This document shows, in pieces, positions 24,846 through 38,214 of a DNA stretch of 64,000 nucleotides. The position numbers and the translations under genes are program-made. Below the pieces are notes generated by a model. The model was not told the DNA's origin, did not search any database, and saw nothing but the letters and a program-made list of their open reading frames with translations. Source of the DNA: Felis catus (taxonomy: Eukaryota). How positions within the stretch are numbered: position 1 is the stretch's first letter; the number at the start of each line of letters is the position of its first letter. The stretch lies in assembly GCF_018350175.1 (NCBI RefSeq), contig NC_058368.1, forward strand, positions 8,246,001 through 8,310,000. The letters run 5' to 3'.

Positions 24846-26166
24846 AAATGTCCTCAGTGCCTCTGTGTGCCAGAAGTGTCCTTCTAGAAGTGCCTTCCTG
24901 CAAGCGGAGAATTCAGAATACATCCATCCATCTCCCATCTGTCCTATCCTTCCCATCTTTGCTATCTACTACCATCCCCATCCTGACCTTTGCCTCTTTG
25001 AAACCTCCCAGATGACTCTTAACACTTTCACATCTGGTCTTCGTACCTTCCAGTACCTGCCCCATTCCAATTAATTCTTGGCACTGTTGCTGGAAAAATC
25101 AATCTCACATATAAAACGGGCTGCTTTCTCCCTCCTTTGGTGGTTATAGGTTGCTGTCCAGATTAAGTCTGAATCCCTAAGCGAGACATGCAGCATTGAC
25201 TTCGACCTCCTTTTATAGCTTCAACTTTTACCAACCCCAACCTAGAATTTTATGCACAGACACACCGAACTCTGGTTCAGTAACTTAATATTCTGACCTG
25301 CTAAATTTCTTCCACTAGTGGAATGTCTGTCCCCTTCCCTGTTCTACCTTGCCTAGGCATCTAATGTATCCTTCAGGACACAGTTTTGGAATCAGTGGCC
25401 ACAGGAAGCCTTCCTTCCCTTCTCCCATAGCATATCAGTTAGGTACATTTTCTGTTTATTATAGCAGTTACCACTCTGTGTCATAACCATCTGTTTTCTT
25501 GACTGTTCTGCCCTGGACTAGGCTGTGGTTCTTTAAGGGTATGTGTCATTCTTAATAGGCAATGTTTTCCAGACACCTAGTACTTTGACAAAGGCAACCA
25601 GTACATGTTTGATGGATAAATGCATGTATAGATGAATGCAGAAGGTTTACAGTAGGAGAGAAATAGGTAAATACAAGAAACGAAACTACAACAGGCATCT
25701 GGCTTAAAAGCTAACTTCTAGGGTGTAATAGTTAGGGTTTGTGGTTACAAAGTTGACTCTGGGTTCACTTAAGCAGAGTTGGAATTTTCTAGAGGGGTAT
25801 CAGGTAGCTCATGGAATCTAGAAAGGCTGGAGAGTCATGGAAAAGACATAACCAAGAACTTGGCATAGGAATGGCCTGCTGAGAACTGAGGCTGGTGTAG
25901 CTGTCTTGGCCCATTTGCTACAGGACTTCTCTACCTGCCAGAGCCACTGCCGAGAGTCACAATTTGGTCGCTTAGTCCCTCTTTCAAGATTCAAAATCTC
26001 CACAGGGAGACTCTGACTTGCCGTGCTTGGGTGAGGTGTCTGTGATGTAATTGCTGGGGGTGGGAAAAGGGAATAGCTTCTCTTCAGTTTCAAAGGAATG
26101 GTGTTCACATGCTAAGTAGCCAAAGGGGCAAAATGGTGACCGTGCAGATTTTCCCGAAGAGCTATG

Positions 26167-26562
26167 TGTCAATTTCCTAGGGCTGTCATAACAAAGGACT
26201 ACAAACTGGATGACTTACAACAACAAAAATTTATTTCCTCACAATTCTAGAAGCTAGAAGTCTGAAATCAAGGTGTCAGCAGGGTTGATTCCTTCCAGAG
26301 AGTGCCTTTGTCTTAGCTTCTGGTGCTTACTGGAAATCCTTGGCATTGTGGCTTCCAGACGTATCACTGCAAGAACATCAAGCGGTGTTTTCCCTGTGTT
26401 TCTGTGCCTCTTCTTATAAGGACACCAGCCGTATTGGATTAGGGGGGCACCTACTCCAACATGACCTCCGCGGTGACCCTATTTCCAAATAAGGTTCCAT
26501 TCTGAGGTACTGGGAGTTAGGACTTCAACATGCCTTTTTGGAAGACGCAGTTCAACCATAAC
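26167..26562 (-). mobile_element. MaLR LTR (MLT1B/C-like)
   Basis: ttcctagggctgtcataacaaag...tctgaaatcaaggtgtcagcaggg...ccctatttccaaataagg...ttcaaccataac. Confidence 0.85.
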
Positions 26563-26964
26563 GTCCTACACCTTCTACATCAATGTTTTCCTTCTATCCC
26601 ATGGTTTCCCAAGAGCAGTGAAGGGGGAGTCTTCTGCCCCAAGTGTAGACAGGGGGTACAATGTGAAGGATGTAAAGATATAATAAAAATGACTAAAAGA
26701 TGGTTGCTTTTTGTTCTCGACTTGGGCCAGGGGTTCTAAACAACATCAGTGATAAAATACTTTTCTCTCCCACATCTGTGTGTTGGTTCTAAATAATTTC
26801 AGTATGTGGTAAAACTATGTCCACAAATTCTTCAATATGCCTCCCTTTGACCTGTGGAGCCCACTTCTTCTTTCCTGAATGTGGGCTGGACTTAATATTT
26901 TTGTTTGGTTCATCCATAGTGTATTTACAGAGTTTGAAATCTATCTTTAAATGGAAATTTATTC

Positions 26965-29900
26965 TTTTTTTTTGATAGTTTTATTTTTTATTTTTTAATT
27001 TTTTTTATACATAATTTATTGTCAAGTTAGCTAACATACAGTGTATACAGTGTGCTCTTGGTTTTGAGGGTAGATTCCCATGATTGATCACTCACACACA
27101 ACACCCAGTGTCATCCCAACAAATGCCCTCCTCAATGCCCAACACCCATCTTCTCTCTCCCTTGCCCCTCTTCCCCATCAACCCTCAGTTTGTTCTCAGT
27201 ATTTAAGAGTCTCTTATGGTTTGCCTCCCTCTCTGTTTGAAACTATTTTTCCCCATGGTCTTCTGTTAAGTTTCTCAAGTTCCATATATGAGTGAAAACA
27301 TATGATGTCTGTCTTTCTCTGACTGACTTATTTCACTTAGCATAATACCCTCCAGTTCCATCCATGTTGTTGCAAATGGCAAGATTTCCTTCTTTCTCAT
27401 TGTCAAGTAGTATTCCATTGTATATATAAACCACATCTTGTTTATCCATTCATCAGTTGATGGACATTTAGGCTCTTTCCATAATTTGGCTATTGTTGAA
27501 AGCACTGCTATAAACATTGGGGTACATGTGCCCCTATGAATCAGCACTCCTGTATCCTTTGGGTAAATTCCTAGCAGTGCAATTTCTGGGTCATAGGGTA
27601 GTTCTATTTTTAATTTTTTGAGGAACCTCAACACTGTTTTCCAGAGTGGCTGCCCCAGTTTGCATTCCCCCCAACAGTGCAAGAGGGTTCCTGTTTCTCC
27701 ACATCCATGTCAGCATCTGTTCTTTCCTGAGTTGTTAATTTTAGCCCCTCTTACCAGTGTGAGGTGGTATCTCAACGTGGTTTTGATTTGTATTTCCCTG
27801 ATGATGAGGGACGTTGAGCATCTTTTCATGTGTCTGTTGGCCATCTGGATGTTTTCTTTGGAAAAGTGTCTATTCATGTTTTCTGGCCATTTCTTCACTG
27901 GATTATTTGTTTTTTGGGTGTTGGGTTTGGTAAGTTCTTTATAGATTTTGGATGCTAATCCTTTATCCGATATGTCATTTGCAAATATCTTCTCCCATTC
28001 CATCAGTTGCCTTTTAGTTTTGTTGATTTTTTTCCTTTGCAGTGCAGAAGCTTTTTATCTTGATGAGGTTCCCAATAGTTCATTTTTGCTTTTATTTCTC
28101 TTGCCTTCAGAGATGTGTTGAGCAAGAAATTGCTGTGGCTGAGGTCAAAGAGGTTGTTGCCTGTTTTCTCCCTAGGGTTTTGATGGTTTCCTGTCTCACA
28201 TTTAAGTCTTTCATCCATTTTGAGTTTATTTTTGTGAATGGTGTAAGAAAGTGGTCCAGTTTCATTCTTCTGCATGTTGCCATCCAGTTCTCCCAGCACC
28301 GTTTACTAAAGAGACTGTCTTTTTTTCCATTGGATGCTCTTTCCTGCTTTGTCAAAGATTAGTTGGCTATACATTTGTGGGTCCAGTTCCGGGTTCTCTA
28401 TTCTATTCCATTGGTCTATATGTCTGTTCTTGTGCAGGTACCATACTGTCTTAATGATTACAGCTTTGTAGTAGAGGCTGAAGTCCAGGATTGTGATGCT
28501 GCCTGCTTTGGTTTTCTTTTTCAACATAAATTTGGCTATTTGGGGTCTTTTGTGGTTCTATACAAATTTTAGGATTGTTTATTTTAGATTTGAGAAGAAT
28601 GCTGGTGAAATTTTGATTGGGATTGCTTTGGGTAATATTGACATTTTAACAATGTTTCTTCTTCCAATCCATGAGCATGGAATGTTTTTCCATTTCTTTG
28701 TGTCTTCTTCAATTTCCTTCATAAGTTTTCCATAGTTTTCAGCGTACAGATCTTTTACATCTTTGGCTAAGCTTATTCCTAGGTATTTCATGGTTCTTGG
28801 TGCAATTATAAATGGGACTGATTTCTTGGTTTCTCTTCCTGCTGCTTCATTATTGGTATAGGGAAATGCACCTGATTTCTGTACGTTGATTTTGTATCCT
28901 GCAACTTTGCTGAATTCATGTATCAGTTCTAGCAGTTTTTTGGAGGAGTCTTTTGGGTTTTCCATGTAGAGTATCATGTCATCTGCAAAAAGTGAAAGTT
29001 TGATTTCTTCTTTGCCAGTTTGGATGCCTTTCATTTCATTTTGTTGTCTGATTGTTGAGGCTAGGACTTCCAACACTATGTTAAACAACAGTGGTAAGAG
29101 TGGAAATCCCTGTTGTGTTCCTGATCTCAGGGGAAGGTTCTCAGTTTTTCCCCATTGAGAATGAGGGAAAGCCCCATTAGCTGTGGGCTTTTCATAAATG
29201 GCTTTTATGATGTTTAAGTATGATCCTTCTATCCCGACTTTCTTGAGAGTTTTTATTAAGAAAGGATTCCGTATTTTGTTAAATGCTTTTTCTGCATCTA
29301 TTGACAGGATGGTCAATAGATAAATATGGTATTTATCCTTTCTTATATTAATGTGATGTATCACATCGACTGGTTTGCGAATATTGAACCAGCTCTGCAG
29401 CCCAGGAATGAATCCCACTTGATCGTGGTGAATAATTCTTTTGATATACTGTTGAATTCGATTTACTAGTATCTCATTGAGAATTTTTGCATCCATGTTC
29501 ATCAGGGAAATTGGTCTATAGTTCTCCTTTTTAGTGGGGTCTTTGTCCCACTAAGGAAATTTGCCTTCTTTCCACAGCACTCAAGGGAGAGAATTGCTCT
29601 CTCCGACTGCACCTGGAAGCTAACTGCCAAGCCAGGTGCTGGCTCCCCTCCTCCCCAGGTGCGTGAACGGTGTAGTGGCCCCAGTCCGGAGAAAGCCTCT
29701 CAGTTAGAGAGAGATTGGATCTTCTTCCATTTTTTTTCGATCCCTGGTCTGTGGTTTTTCTCTTCTCCAAATACAATCCTCACTTTCACAACCTCTCTTT
29801 CCCTCCCTTTTGTCTCTTCACAGAAGGGGATCCTCATCTCCATTCTTACACTGTCTGTTTTATCTCTCACAGTTTGCAATCCTGCACCTATGGCTTTGCC

Positions 29901-30044
29901 ACATTGTCCCTGTGGGCCCCTGGAGACATTTCTGTCACTCTGTAGCCCGGATTCCTCGAATTCCAAGTCTTCTGGCCTCAGTACTGCTGTGTTTGAGGGA
30001 TAAGGGAACTTTGGGCCCCCCTACTTCTCTGCCATGTTGACTCC
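26965..30044 (-). mobile_element. Carnivore L1 with internal deletion: ~500-nt 5'UTR joined to ORF2 RT, C-terminus, 3'UTR and poly(A)
   Basis: ORF2 remnants 28579..29502 ([21 protein letters not shown]), 28306..28527, 27710..28003, 27275..27682; T-rich tail ~26965-27006; minus-strand 5' end GGAGTCAACATGGCAGAGAAGTAG at ~30044. Confidence 0.92.
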
Positions 30045-30977
30045 TTTAAAAACCTTTAGCTAGTTGTTGTGAAACTAAAGGAATCAAGCAAAAAAAATAT
30101 AATTAAGTATAAAAATAAAATTAGTTTTGGTAATTACTGAAAATAATTTTGTTTACAGTTAAGAAAATATGAAAAAATGACTTGTCATAGTTGTCAAATA
30201 TGCTAGGTATTATGGTACTGCTTTTATGGCATTTGACCCTGAGACTCAGAATTGTCTGAGGCAGCATAAGTTCTCCATTGTGTAAAGAAGACTGCATTTT
30301 CTTCATTATGGCTTTTTTTTGATGTCAGGGAGTTGGATCCTATGAAGAGTGAAGTCATATCCCTACTTAAGCTGATGAAAAGTTTATCAAACAACTTTGA
30401 CAAAGGTTTCCTGTGTACCCACTATGTGCTTGGAATACATCTGTGAACAAAATAGACCCTTGCCTTGCGACTGGAGGGAACAGCAAACATGAAATGTACA
30501 TAGTAGGTTAGAAGTGGGGGGAAACAATAGGGCAGGAAGGAGAGCTGGGCCTACTGGGGTGGAGTGGAGCGGGGCAGATTGTAGGATTGTGCAGGTGGAG
30601 GGGGGCAGGCCTCACTGAGAAGAGACATAGGACCAGAGACTTGGAGGAAGGGAGGAAGTTTGGCATATGGGTAACTGGAGAACATTCCCACAAAGGGACC
30701 ATGTAAGGCAAGGGTCTGCGTGGATGTGTACCTAGCCTATTGGAAGGCCATGGGAGTAGAAGGAGAAGGGAGCTGAGGCTGCCCCTGGGGTGGGATGTAC
30801 CTTGAGTGAGGAAGCTGTCTTCTGAAGGAGAAAGCCTGAACTGCCAACGTGCCAGCAGCCGGGGAACAAGGGCTTCACACTTGAAGGAGGTCTGGGCAGG
30901 ACTCCTAGCAGCCCCCACAGAGCAGGATTTACAGGGATTGAGTCATTTCATGTGGACAGGGTTTTAAGGGGGAATCC

Positions 30978-33244
30978 TATATTCTATGTGGGAAACCCAA
31001 GAGACTCCACTGAAACACTGCTTGAACTGATACATGAATTCAGCAAAGTTGCAGGATATAAGATCAATGTACAGAAATCAGTTGCATTTCTATACACCAA
31101 TAATGAAGCAGCAGAAAGAGAACGCAAGGAATTGATCCCATTTGCAATCGTACCCAAAACCATAAGAAACCTCAGAATAAACCTAACCAAAGAAGCAAAA
31201 GGTCTGTACACTGAAAACTATAGGAAGCTTGTGAAAGAAATTGAAGAAGACACAAAGATATGGGAAAACATTTCATGTTCATGCATCGGAAGCACAAACA
31301 TTGTTAAAATAAATATACTACCCCAAACAACCTACACATTTGATGCAATTCCTATCAAAATAACACCAGTATTCTTCACAAGCTAGAACAAATAATTCTA
31401 AAATTTGTGTGGAGCCACAAAAGACCCTGAATAGCCAAAGAAATCTTGAAAAAGAAAACCAAAGCTGGAGGCATCACAATCCCAGACTTTAAGCTGTATT
31501 ACAAAGCTGTAGTCATCAAGACAGTATGGTACCAACACAAAAAAAGACACATAGATCAATGGAACAGAACCAAGAAATGGACCTAAAAACATATGGCCAA
31601 CCAATCTTCAACAAAGCAGGAAAGAGTATGCAATGGAAAAAAGACCATCTCTTCAGCAAATGGTGCTGGGGGAACTGGACAGCAACATACACAAAATAGA
31701 TTCAAAATGGAGGAAAGACTTAAATGTAAGACAGGAAGCCATCAAAATCCTAGAGGTGAAAACAGGCAGCAACTTCTTTGACCTTGGCTGCAGCAACTTC
31801 TTACTAGACATGTCTCCAGAGGCAATGGAAACAAAAGCAAAAATGAACTATTGGGACCTCATTAAGATAAAAACTTCTGCATGACGAAGGAAACAATCAA
31901 CAAAACTAAAAGGCAACCAACGGAATGGGAAAAGATATTTGCAAATGACATATCAGATAAAAGGCTAGTATCCAAAATCTATACAAAACTTACCAAACTC
32001 AACACCCAAAAAACAAATAATACAGTGAAGAAATGGGCAGAAGACATGAATGGACCCACTTTTCCAAAGAAGACATCCATATGGCTAACAGACACATGAA
32101 AAGATGCTCAACATCACTCATCATCAGGGAAATAGAAATCAAAACCACAATGAGATACCACCTCACACCAGTCAGAATGGCTAAAATTAACAACTCAGGC
32201 AACAACAGATGTTGGCAAGAATGCAGAGAAAGGGGAACACTTTTGCACTCTTGGTGGGAAGGCAAACTGGTGTAGCCACTCTGGGAAACAGTATGCAGGG
32301 TCCTCAAAAAAAAAAAAAAAAAAAAATAGAACTACCCTATGACCCAGCAATTGCACTACTAGGTGTTTATCCAAAGGATTAAAAAACACGCTGATTTGAA
32401 GGGGCACATGTACCCCAATGTTTATAGCAGCAATATCAACAATAGCCAAATTATGGAAAGAGCCCAAATGCCCATCAACTGATGAATGGAGAAAGAAGAT
32501 GTGATCTATATATGATGCTAAGCAAAATAAGTTAGAGAAAGACAAATGTCATAGGATTTCACTTATGATGTGGAATTTAAGAGACAAAACAGATGAACAT
32601 AGGGAAGGGAAGGAAAAATAAGATTAAAAAAAAACAGAGGAAGACAAACCATAAGAGACTCTTAAATACAGAGAACAAATTGAGAGTTTCTGGAGGGGAG
32701 GTGGTAGTGGGGATGGGCTAAATGTATGATGGGCATTAAGGAGGGCGTTTGTTGTGATGAGCACTGGGTGTTATTTTTTTTTAATTTTAATTTTATTTTT
32801 TTAATTTACATCCAAATTAGTTAGCATATAGTGCAACAATGATTTCAGGAATAGATTCCTTAGTGCCCCTTACCCATTGAGCCCATCCCCCCTCCCACAA
32901 CCCCTCCAGTGACCCTCTGTTTGTTCTCCATGTTTAAGAGTCTCTTATGTTTTGTGCCCCTTCCTGTTTTTACGTGATTTTTGCTTCCCTTCCCTGTGTT
33001 CCTCTGTTCTGTGTCTTAAAGTCCTCATATGAGTGAAGTCATATATTTGTCTTTCTCTGACTGACCAATTTCGCTTAGCATAATACCTTCTCGTTCCATC
33101 CACGTAGTTGCAAATGGCAAGATTTCATTCTTTTTGATTGCCGAGCGCTGGGTGTTATATGTAAGTGATGAATCACTAAATTCTACTCCTGAAACCAATA
33201 CTACACTATATTTTAACTAACTTGGGTTGAAAACCACCAAAGTC
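30978..33244 (+). mobile_element. 5'-truncated carnivore L1 (ORF2 3' half and 3'UTR) with 11-bp TSD
   Basis: ORF2 remnants ([31 protein letters not shown]); agggggaatcc at 30967-30977 and 33245-33255. Confidence 0.93.
32775..33142 (-). mobile_element. L1 3' end (felid-type) nested antisense in the 3'UTR of the preceding L1
   Basis: T tail then antisense L1 3'UTR; TSD gagcactgggtgttat (32759-32774) / gagcgctgggtgttat (33143-33158). Confidence 0.9.
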
Positions 33245-33532
33245 AGGGGGAATCCGAGGTTAGCATACTGGGAGCTATCCATGTAATCCCAAGGCACTTA
33301 GTTGACTGACAGTGACAGCATGCAAAGACACAAAATTGACATACAGCAGTTTTGCATAGATCAGACCAAGATAGGGGCTAAAGAATACTTTAAAGAAGAT
33401 GAAAGTCATCCACCAGGGAAATTACAAAACACTTGAAGTATTTGCTGTACTTTTTTTTTTTCTATGTCTGAGAACCGTGACTGGATAGTAAACTGTAAGT
33501 AAGAAAGAAATAGATCCCACCCTTCTTTTGTG

Positions 33533-33908
33533 TGTATATCAGTCTGCTCAGGCTGCTGTAATCCCACAGACTGGGAGGCTTGCACGGCAGACATCTGTTT
33601 TCTCGCAATTCTGAAGGCTGCAAGGTCAAGGTCAAAGAATCAGCAGGTTTGGTTTCTGCTGAGACCCCTGTGCGTGGCTTGTAGACACCCTGTTCTCACC
33701 CTGTCCTCACATGGTCTTTCCCCTGAGTGGCAACATTGCTCGTGTTTCTTCCTCTTTTTACAAGGACACCAGTCATATTGGATTAGGGTCTCATCCCTAT
33801 GGCTTTAACTGTAATTACTCCCTTAAAGACCCTATCCGCAACTTGTGACATTGGGGGTTAGGGCTTCACGTACGAATTTGAGGGGAACACACTTCAGTCC
33901 GTAGCTGT
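33533..33908 (-). mobile_element. MaLR LTR (MLT1A-like)
   Basis: tgtatatcagtctgctcaggctgctgtaa...aaggacaccagtcatattggattaggg...cttcagtccgtagc. Confidence 0.85.
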
Positions 33909-35023
33909 ATATGGTACCTTGTGGGGTAGTGCCCTGTGTTCTTTTAGGCACTTAGGGCCAGAACATTTTGGAGTTGAAAGGGTTACTAGAAGTGTTCAAA
34001 TTTAACTTTCCCGCAAAGTCAGAATCCCTGGAAAATAGTTATTATTTCACTGGGGAGCTGAACTTTTCTGGTTGGCACGTCTGATATATAGGGTTAATAA
34101 CATATAGCAGATAGAAGTAAAGGGAGAGAAGTGTGGGGGAGGTGTGCAGGTAGGCATTTTGAATTCCAAGGCAGATTTATCCGTAGTAATAAAAGGGGTC
34201 TGTCGGAGGAAGCAATGATAATGAAAGTAGAAATGATAACACTTTAAAAGCAGGGCCCAGAAAAGTAAGTGTAGTGCTGAGTTTGGGGCAAGGATCCCGG
34301 GGGCTGTCTAATCTCCATACCCTGGCTTCCCCACGGAGGTGCCCACCGCCCGCAGGAAGTTGTGAGGGGTAGGTCAGTAGTGGAGATGGGGATCAGGAAT
34401 AATGTGCAAACAGAGTTATAGGATGTAGAAAATGTCATGATTCTGGGGAAGATGACCATATATTTTCTCTTCCAAACACGGGCATTGCTTAGAGTGACAG
34501 GGATGCCAGACGACAGGTGCACAGCAAGAACCCGGATGTGTGGTCACTCTAATATTTACAGGACTGTTGCCAGGGGAGGCTCAGTGGATCAGTGTGGATG
34601 TGGGCCCTGGGGACGTGTGATCCTCCCGGACCTCTGAGAAGTGACATTCTGCATGAAACTCCGTAACTGTTCCCTTTGGCTAAGCCGGGGCCCAAGAAGG
34701 TTAATGAGCTACATCTTTGAAACGTCAATCTCTGTACTACCCTGGCAACCCCAGAAAGGCCACGAAGTGCCCATTCCCTTTCTTTAACTTCCGCACGTTG
34801 ATTTTTAACTCTTTCTCAGCTTTCAGATGTATATTTTAACCTTTCAATCGTCAAAACTCAATACCCGACAATACCTTCTTACTGTGGATTGATACAGAAT
34901 TGAAACCTGTCACCAAATTCCGTGCCTTGGCAGTAGATTATGCAAAGTGTCATTTCCTCACAAAACATAACATAGAATCTGGAAAACAGAACTAGTAGAG
35001 TATCATCTTAAATGTTTCGCAAC

Positions 35024-35122
35024 TTTTTTTAAAGTAATCTGTGCATCCGGTGTGAGTCTCGAACTCACGACCCTGAGATCAAGAGTCATGTGCTTCACTT
35101 ACTGAGCCAGCCAAGCGCCCCT
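35024..35122 (-). mobile_element. Short Can-SINE
   Basis: ctcgaactcacgaccctgagatcaagagtc...ctgagccagccaagcgcccc. Confidence 0.85.
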
Positions 35123-37844
35123 CGTATTAAATGTTAACGATCAGCCCAAGGGTGACAAAAGCCATGCACTCATCCTACATGTGCTAAAGTAGCTTCTTTG
35201 GCAGGGGAGAGCAGAGGTAATAATCTACAGCTGAGCAACTGTCAGATGATTAGAGGCCAAAAGTCCTAGAGTTGGAAAATGTTATCAGCAGACTGCACAT
35301 GTGAAAACCTGGGAAGGGGAGGCTGCTGAAGATATGTTCCTACCTCTGTCCACACCCCTCCCCACCACATTTTTTAACCTTGCTGTTAAAGCTTGCGTTT
35401 TGTGTATGTATTTATCCTCCTCCACAGCAGCTCTAGGGTAGGCCCACCATCCCTCGTCCCAGCAACTGACTCATTATTGATCTAATTCAGTTAATTCTCC
35501 TTCCCTGTAATTCCCTTAGTCATGTGTGTGTGATGAAATCCTGGCCCATGAAGTGTTTGAAGCCAGCTGCGAAGATTCAGTCTTAAAAAGAGGTACGTGG
35601 AAACATACCCTCTCTTTTTTTGCCTCTGGAGGTTGTGTGGTTGTGAAACCGGGAGCAGCTGCAGCCATCTTGTGATCATGAGGAGAGCTGGTGGAGGACA
35701 AACAGGTTGCTCAGGTTGGAGGCCAAGGTAGAAAGACAGGAAGTATTAAGACGCCTGACATAATTGTTGAGGTGCTCAACTGTGGAGTTCAGCTGCAACA
35801 GTGGAACAGCCTTTCCTGTGGACTTGGCTTATGTCTTGAAACTCAGCAGTATAGTTGGTTTACAATTTGTATCTGATAGATTTCTAAAAGTTTGTGCAGG
35901 TCTGTGTCTGTTCTTCCTTGCTTCTGCTGGCCTTTTCTCCTGGAACCTTGTTTCCCGATTTGCCATTTATCTCTGCAGGGGCCGTGGGCCTTAGAAAAAT
36001 GGTATCCAGGGCTTCTGGGAGGTTGGGATAGAGGTACTTCCTCCATAGAGGATTTATATTTGCTTCTGCCAGATACCTGGGGGCTCTACTGGTCAGTGAC
36101 ACCTTAAACCCAATTCCTGGCTTGAGATTCCAGAAGGGAACTAGGCCTGCAAATCTGCCCCAGGCAGCAAGGATGGGGCTGCAGTCAAGACCCCTCCAGG
36201 ACAGTTTCTTTCTCTTTCTTCTTTTTCTTTCCTTTTCTGTAGTCAGTGCCCAGCAACCTTCTCCGAGATCCCCTAGGATCGTAGGGGATGGGAAGGTTTG
36301 TTTCTGGTTCACACTTTCCTTGACAGGGGACTTTTGGGGGTATCAGCCATAGGAAGCACCCCAGTAAGACCCCTGCCTGGGCGTTGATTTCTCCCTCTCC
36401 CTCGGGGAGGCCTCAGAACCCAAGTTCTTATGCCCTGGAGCAAAGTGGCTGAGCATTCCTTCTCTGGATTCAGGCTTTGCCTCAACGTTGGCCCAAGCAT
36501 TTGCCCCCAACTTATCAGTTCTTTCATTTTTTCCCAGCATTGCTCTTCGTATCTCATCTAGCAACATACCCTTTTCATTGAGAGAGTTACTCCCCCCCGC
36601 CCCCCCGTCATTAGTTTTGTGTGAGAAGATTCATTCATTACTGTATCAGTCACTTGGGTCAGGAGTTTCTGTTGCTTTCAGGCAACTGAGTCCACTTGGA
36701 CACCTTGACGGCATTCTGGAGAAAATTCTGTCAGGACGTCTAAAAGAAGCCCAAAGCCTTTAATAGTAGGATTTGGGATGCACTGCCTCAATAGGGATTT
36801 CTTAGTTGTTCTGGGAAAAGCTGTATAGGAGAAAAAAATTGACTTGTAAAGGAGATGTGGCACCAATCCGACAGCACAAAAGAAGAGTAACATTTATTGT
36901 GGAGGGCTGATAGCCATTCAACTCTTGAGCTTTATCATCTGGACTAAAACTCTGGTCCCTTAGATTAAACAATGAGATTCTAGTACTCAAGATGTGCAGA
37001 TAACGTGACAGAATTGAGAGGGAGAACAAAGGGAAGGAGGAGGGGAGGAGGGGGGAGTGAGAGGAGGAGGGAGGGGAGGAAATAAAGGGAGAGAGATGTG
37101 TTCTATCCTGTTCCCACCTGGAAGCAAAAAAATGGTCCACCCCCATGTTTTCTGCTGTTCTGGGCCGGTCAGATCATACTGTGCCGTGAGTCCTGAGGTC
37201 TTGGGAGGCTTCCTCACAGGGACACAGTCATAGCCGTGACCCTGCCAAGTTTACACACAGTATGGTTTACGTTTGGCTTTGTTTTCAATCAAGCTGGAAG
37301 CTTTAAATTATATTTAGAGCCACGTAGGTGTAGTGACTATAAAACCAATTTTAGCTAGACAGGATATCTTAGAAAACATCAGGAAGCCGGGATCTTGGGT
37401 CCACCTTGGTTTCCACGTTGCCTCTAGATCTTGAGAGAATCTCGACTTCTCTGAGCCTCTTGGCCCCTATCGTTTAGATAAGGGGTTCGACACGATGATC
37501 TTGACGATTCAGATTCTGACACGCTGCTCTATGAATCCAGATTTACTTAAGATTTTAAAGCCTGTATTTGATGGCAAGTCACCAAGTTGATTTAATACTG
37601 TCCTCCGCCTTGCTCTATTTCCCTTATAGCCATCCCGGTCCTCGTGGGTCGTTGCACTGTCACGGGGCTTTGCTGTGGAGGATGCCGTGGGGTACAGCTC
37701 AGACCCTGCAGGACCCAGCCCTGGCCGCTGGGCTGCCTGCTCAGACCCTGCCTGGGAAATCAGTGCCTCAAGTGAAGGGAGCTGCCTCACCCAAGAGGAT
37801 GTTCCTTCCTAGGGGACAACTCAAGTCCCAATACTGGCCTAGTG

Positions 37845-38060
37845 GGTCTAGGCGGCCCTAAAAGAATACCACAAACTGGGGGGCTTAAGCAACGGACATT
37901 TCTTTTCTTATCTGGAGGCTGGCAGTCCAAGATCAGGGTGCCAGTGGGGTCGTTGGTTTCTTCTGAGACCCATTTTTATGGCTTACGGATGGATGTCTTC
38001 TTCCTGTGTCCTCACATGGCCTTTTTTCTAATTGCCCATCCCTGGCGTCTCTTTCTCTAT
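37845..38060 (-). mobile_element. Partial MLT1-like LTR
   Basis: aataccacaaactggggggcttaagcaacggacattt...gtccaagatcagggtgccag...gtgtcctcacatggc. Confidence 0.7.
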
Positions 38061-38214
38061 CTACCTTTTTATTTTCTTGTTTTCTCCCCAGTATTTATTG
38101 AGCTCCTACTATATAGTGGGCACAAACACTGTGCCAGGACTTAGGGACGCAGCAGTGTGGAGGATGGACAGACAAGGGCCCGGCTCTCCTAGAGCTTCTG
38201 TTCTAGTTGTTGTT

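Noticed and set aside
24477..25074. 192-aa and 159-aa ORFs as a novel gene
   Set aside because: They overlap a decayed L1 ORF1 remnant and L2-like sequence.
27275..32545. Reverse transcriptase ORFs as an active or novel RT system (retron, DGR, etc.)
   Set aside because: Ordinary fragmented mammalian L1 ORF2 with frameshifts and stops; no ORF1 or endonuclease domain.
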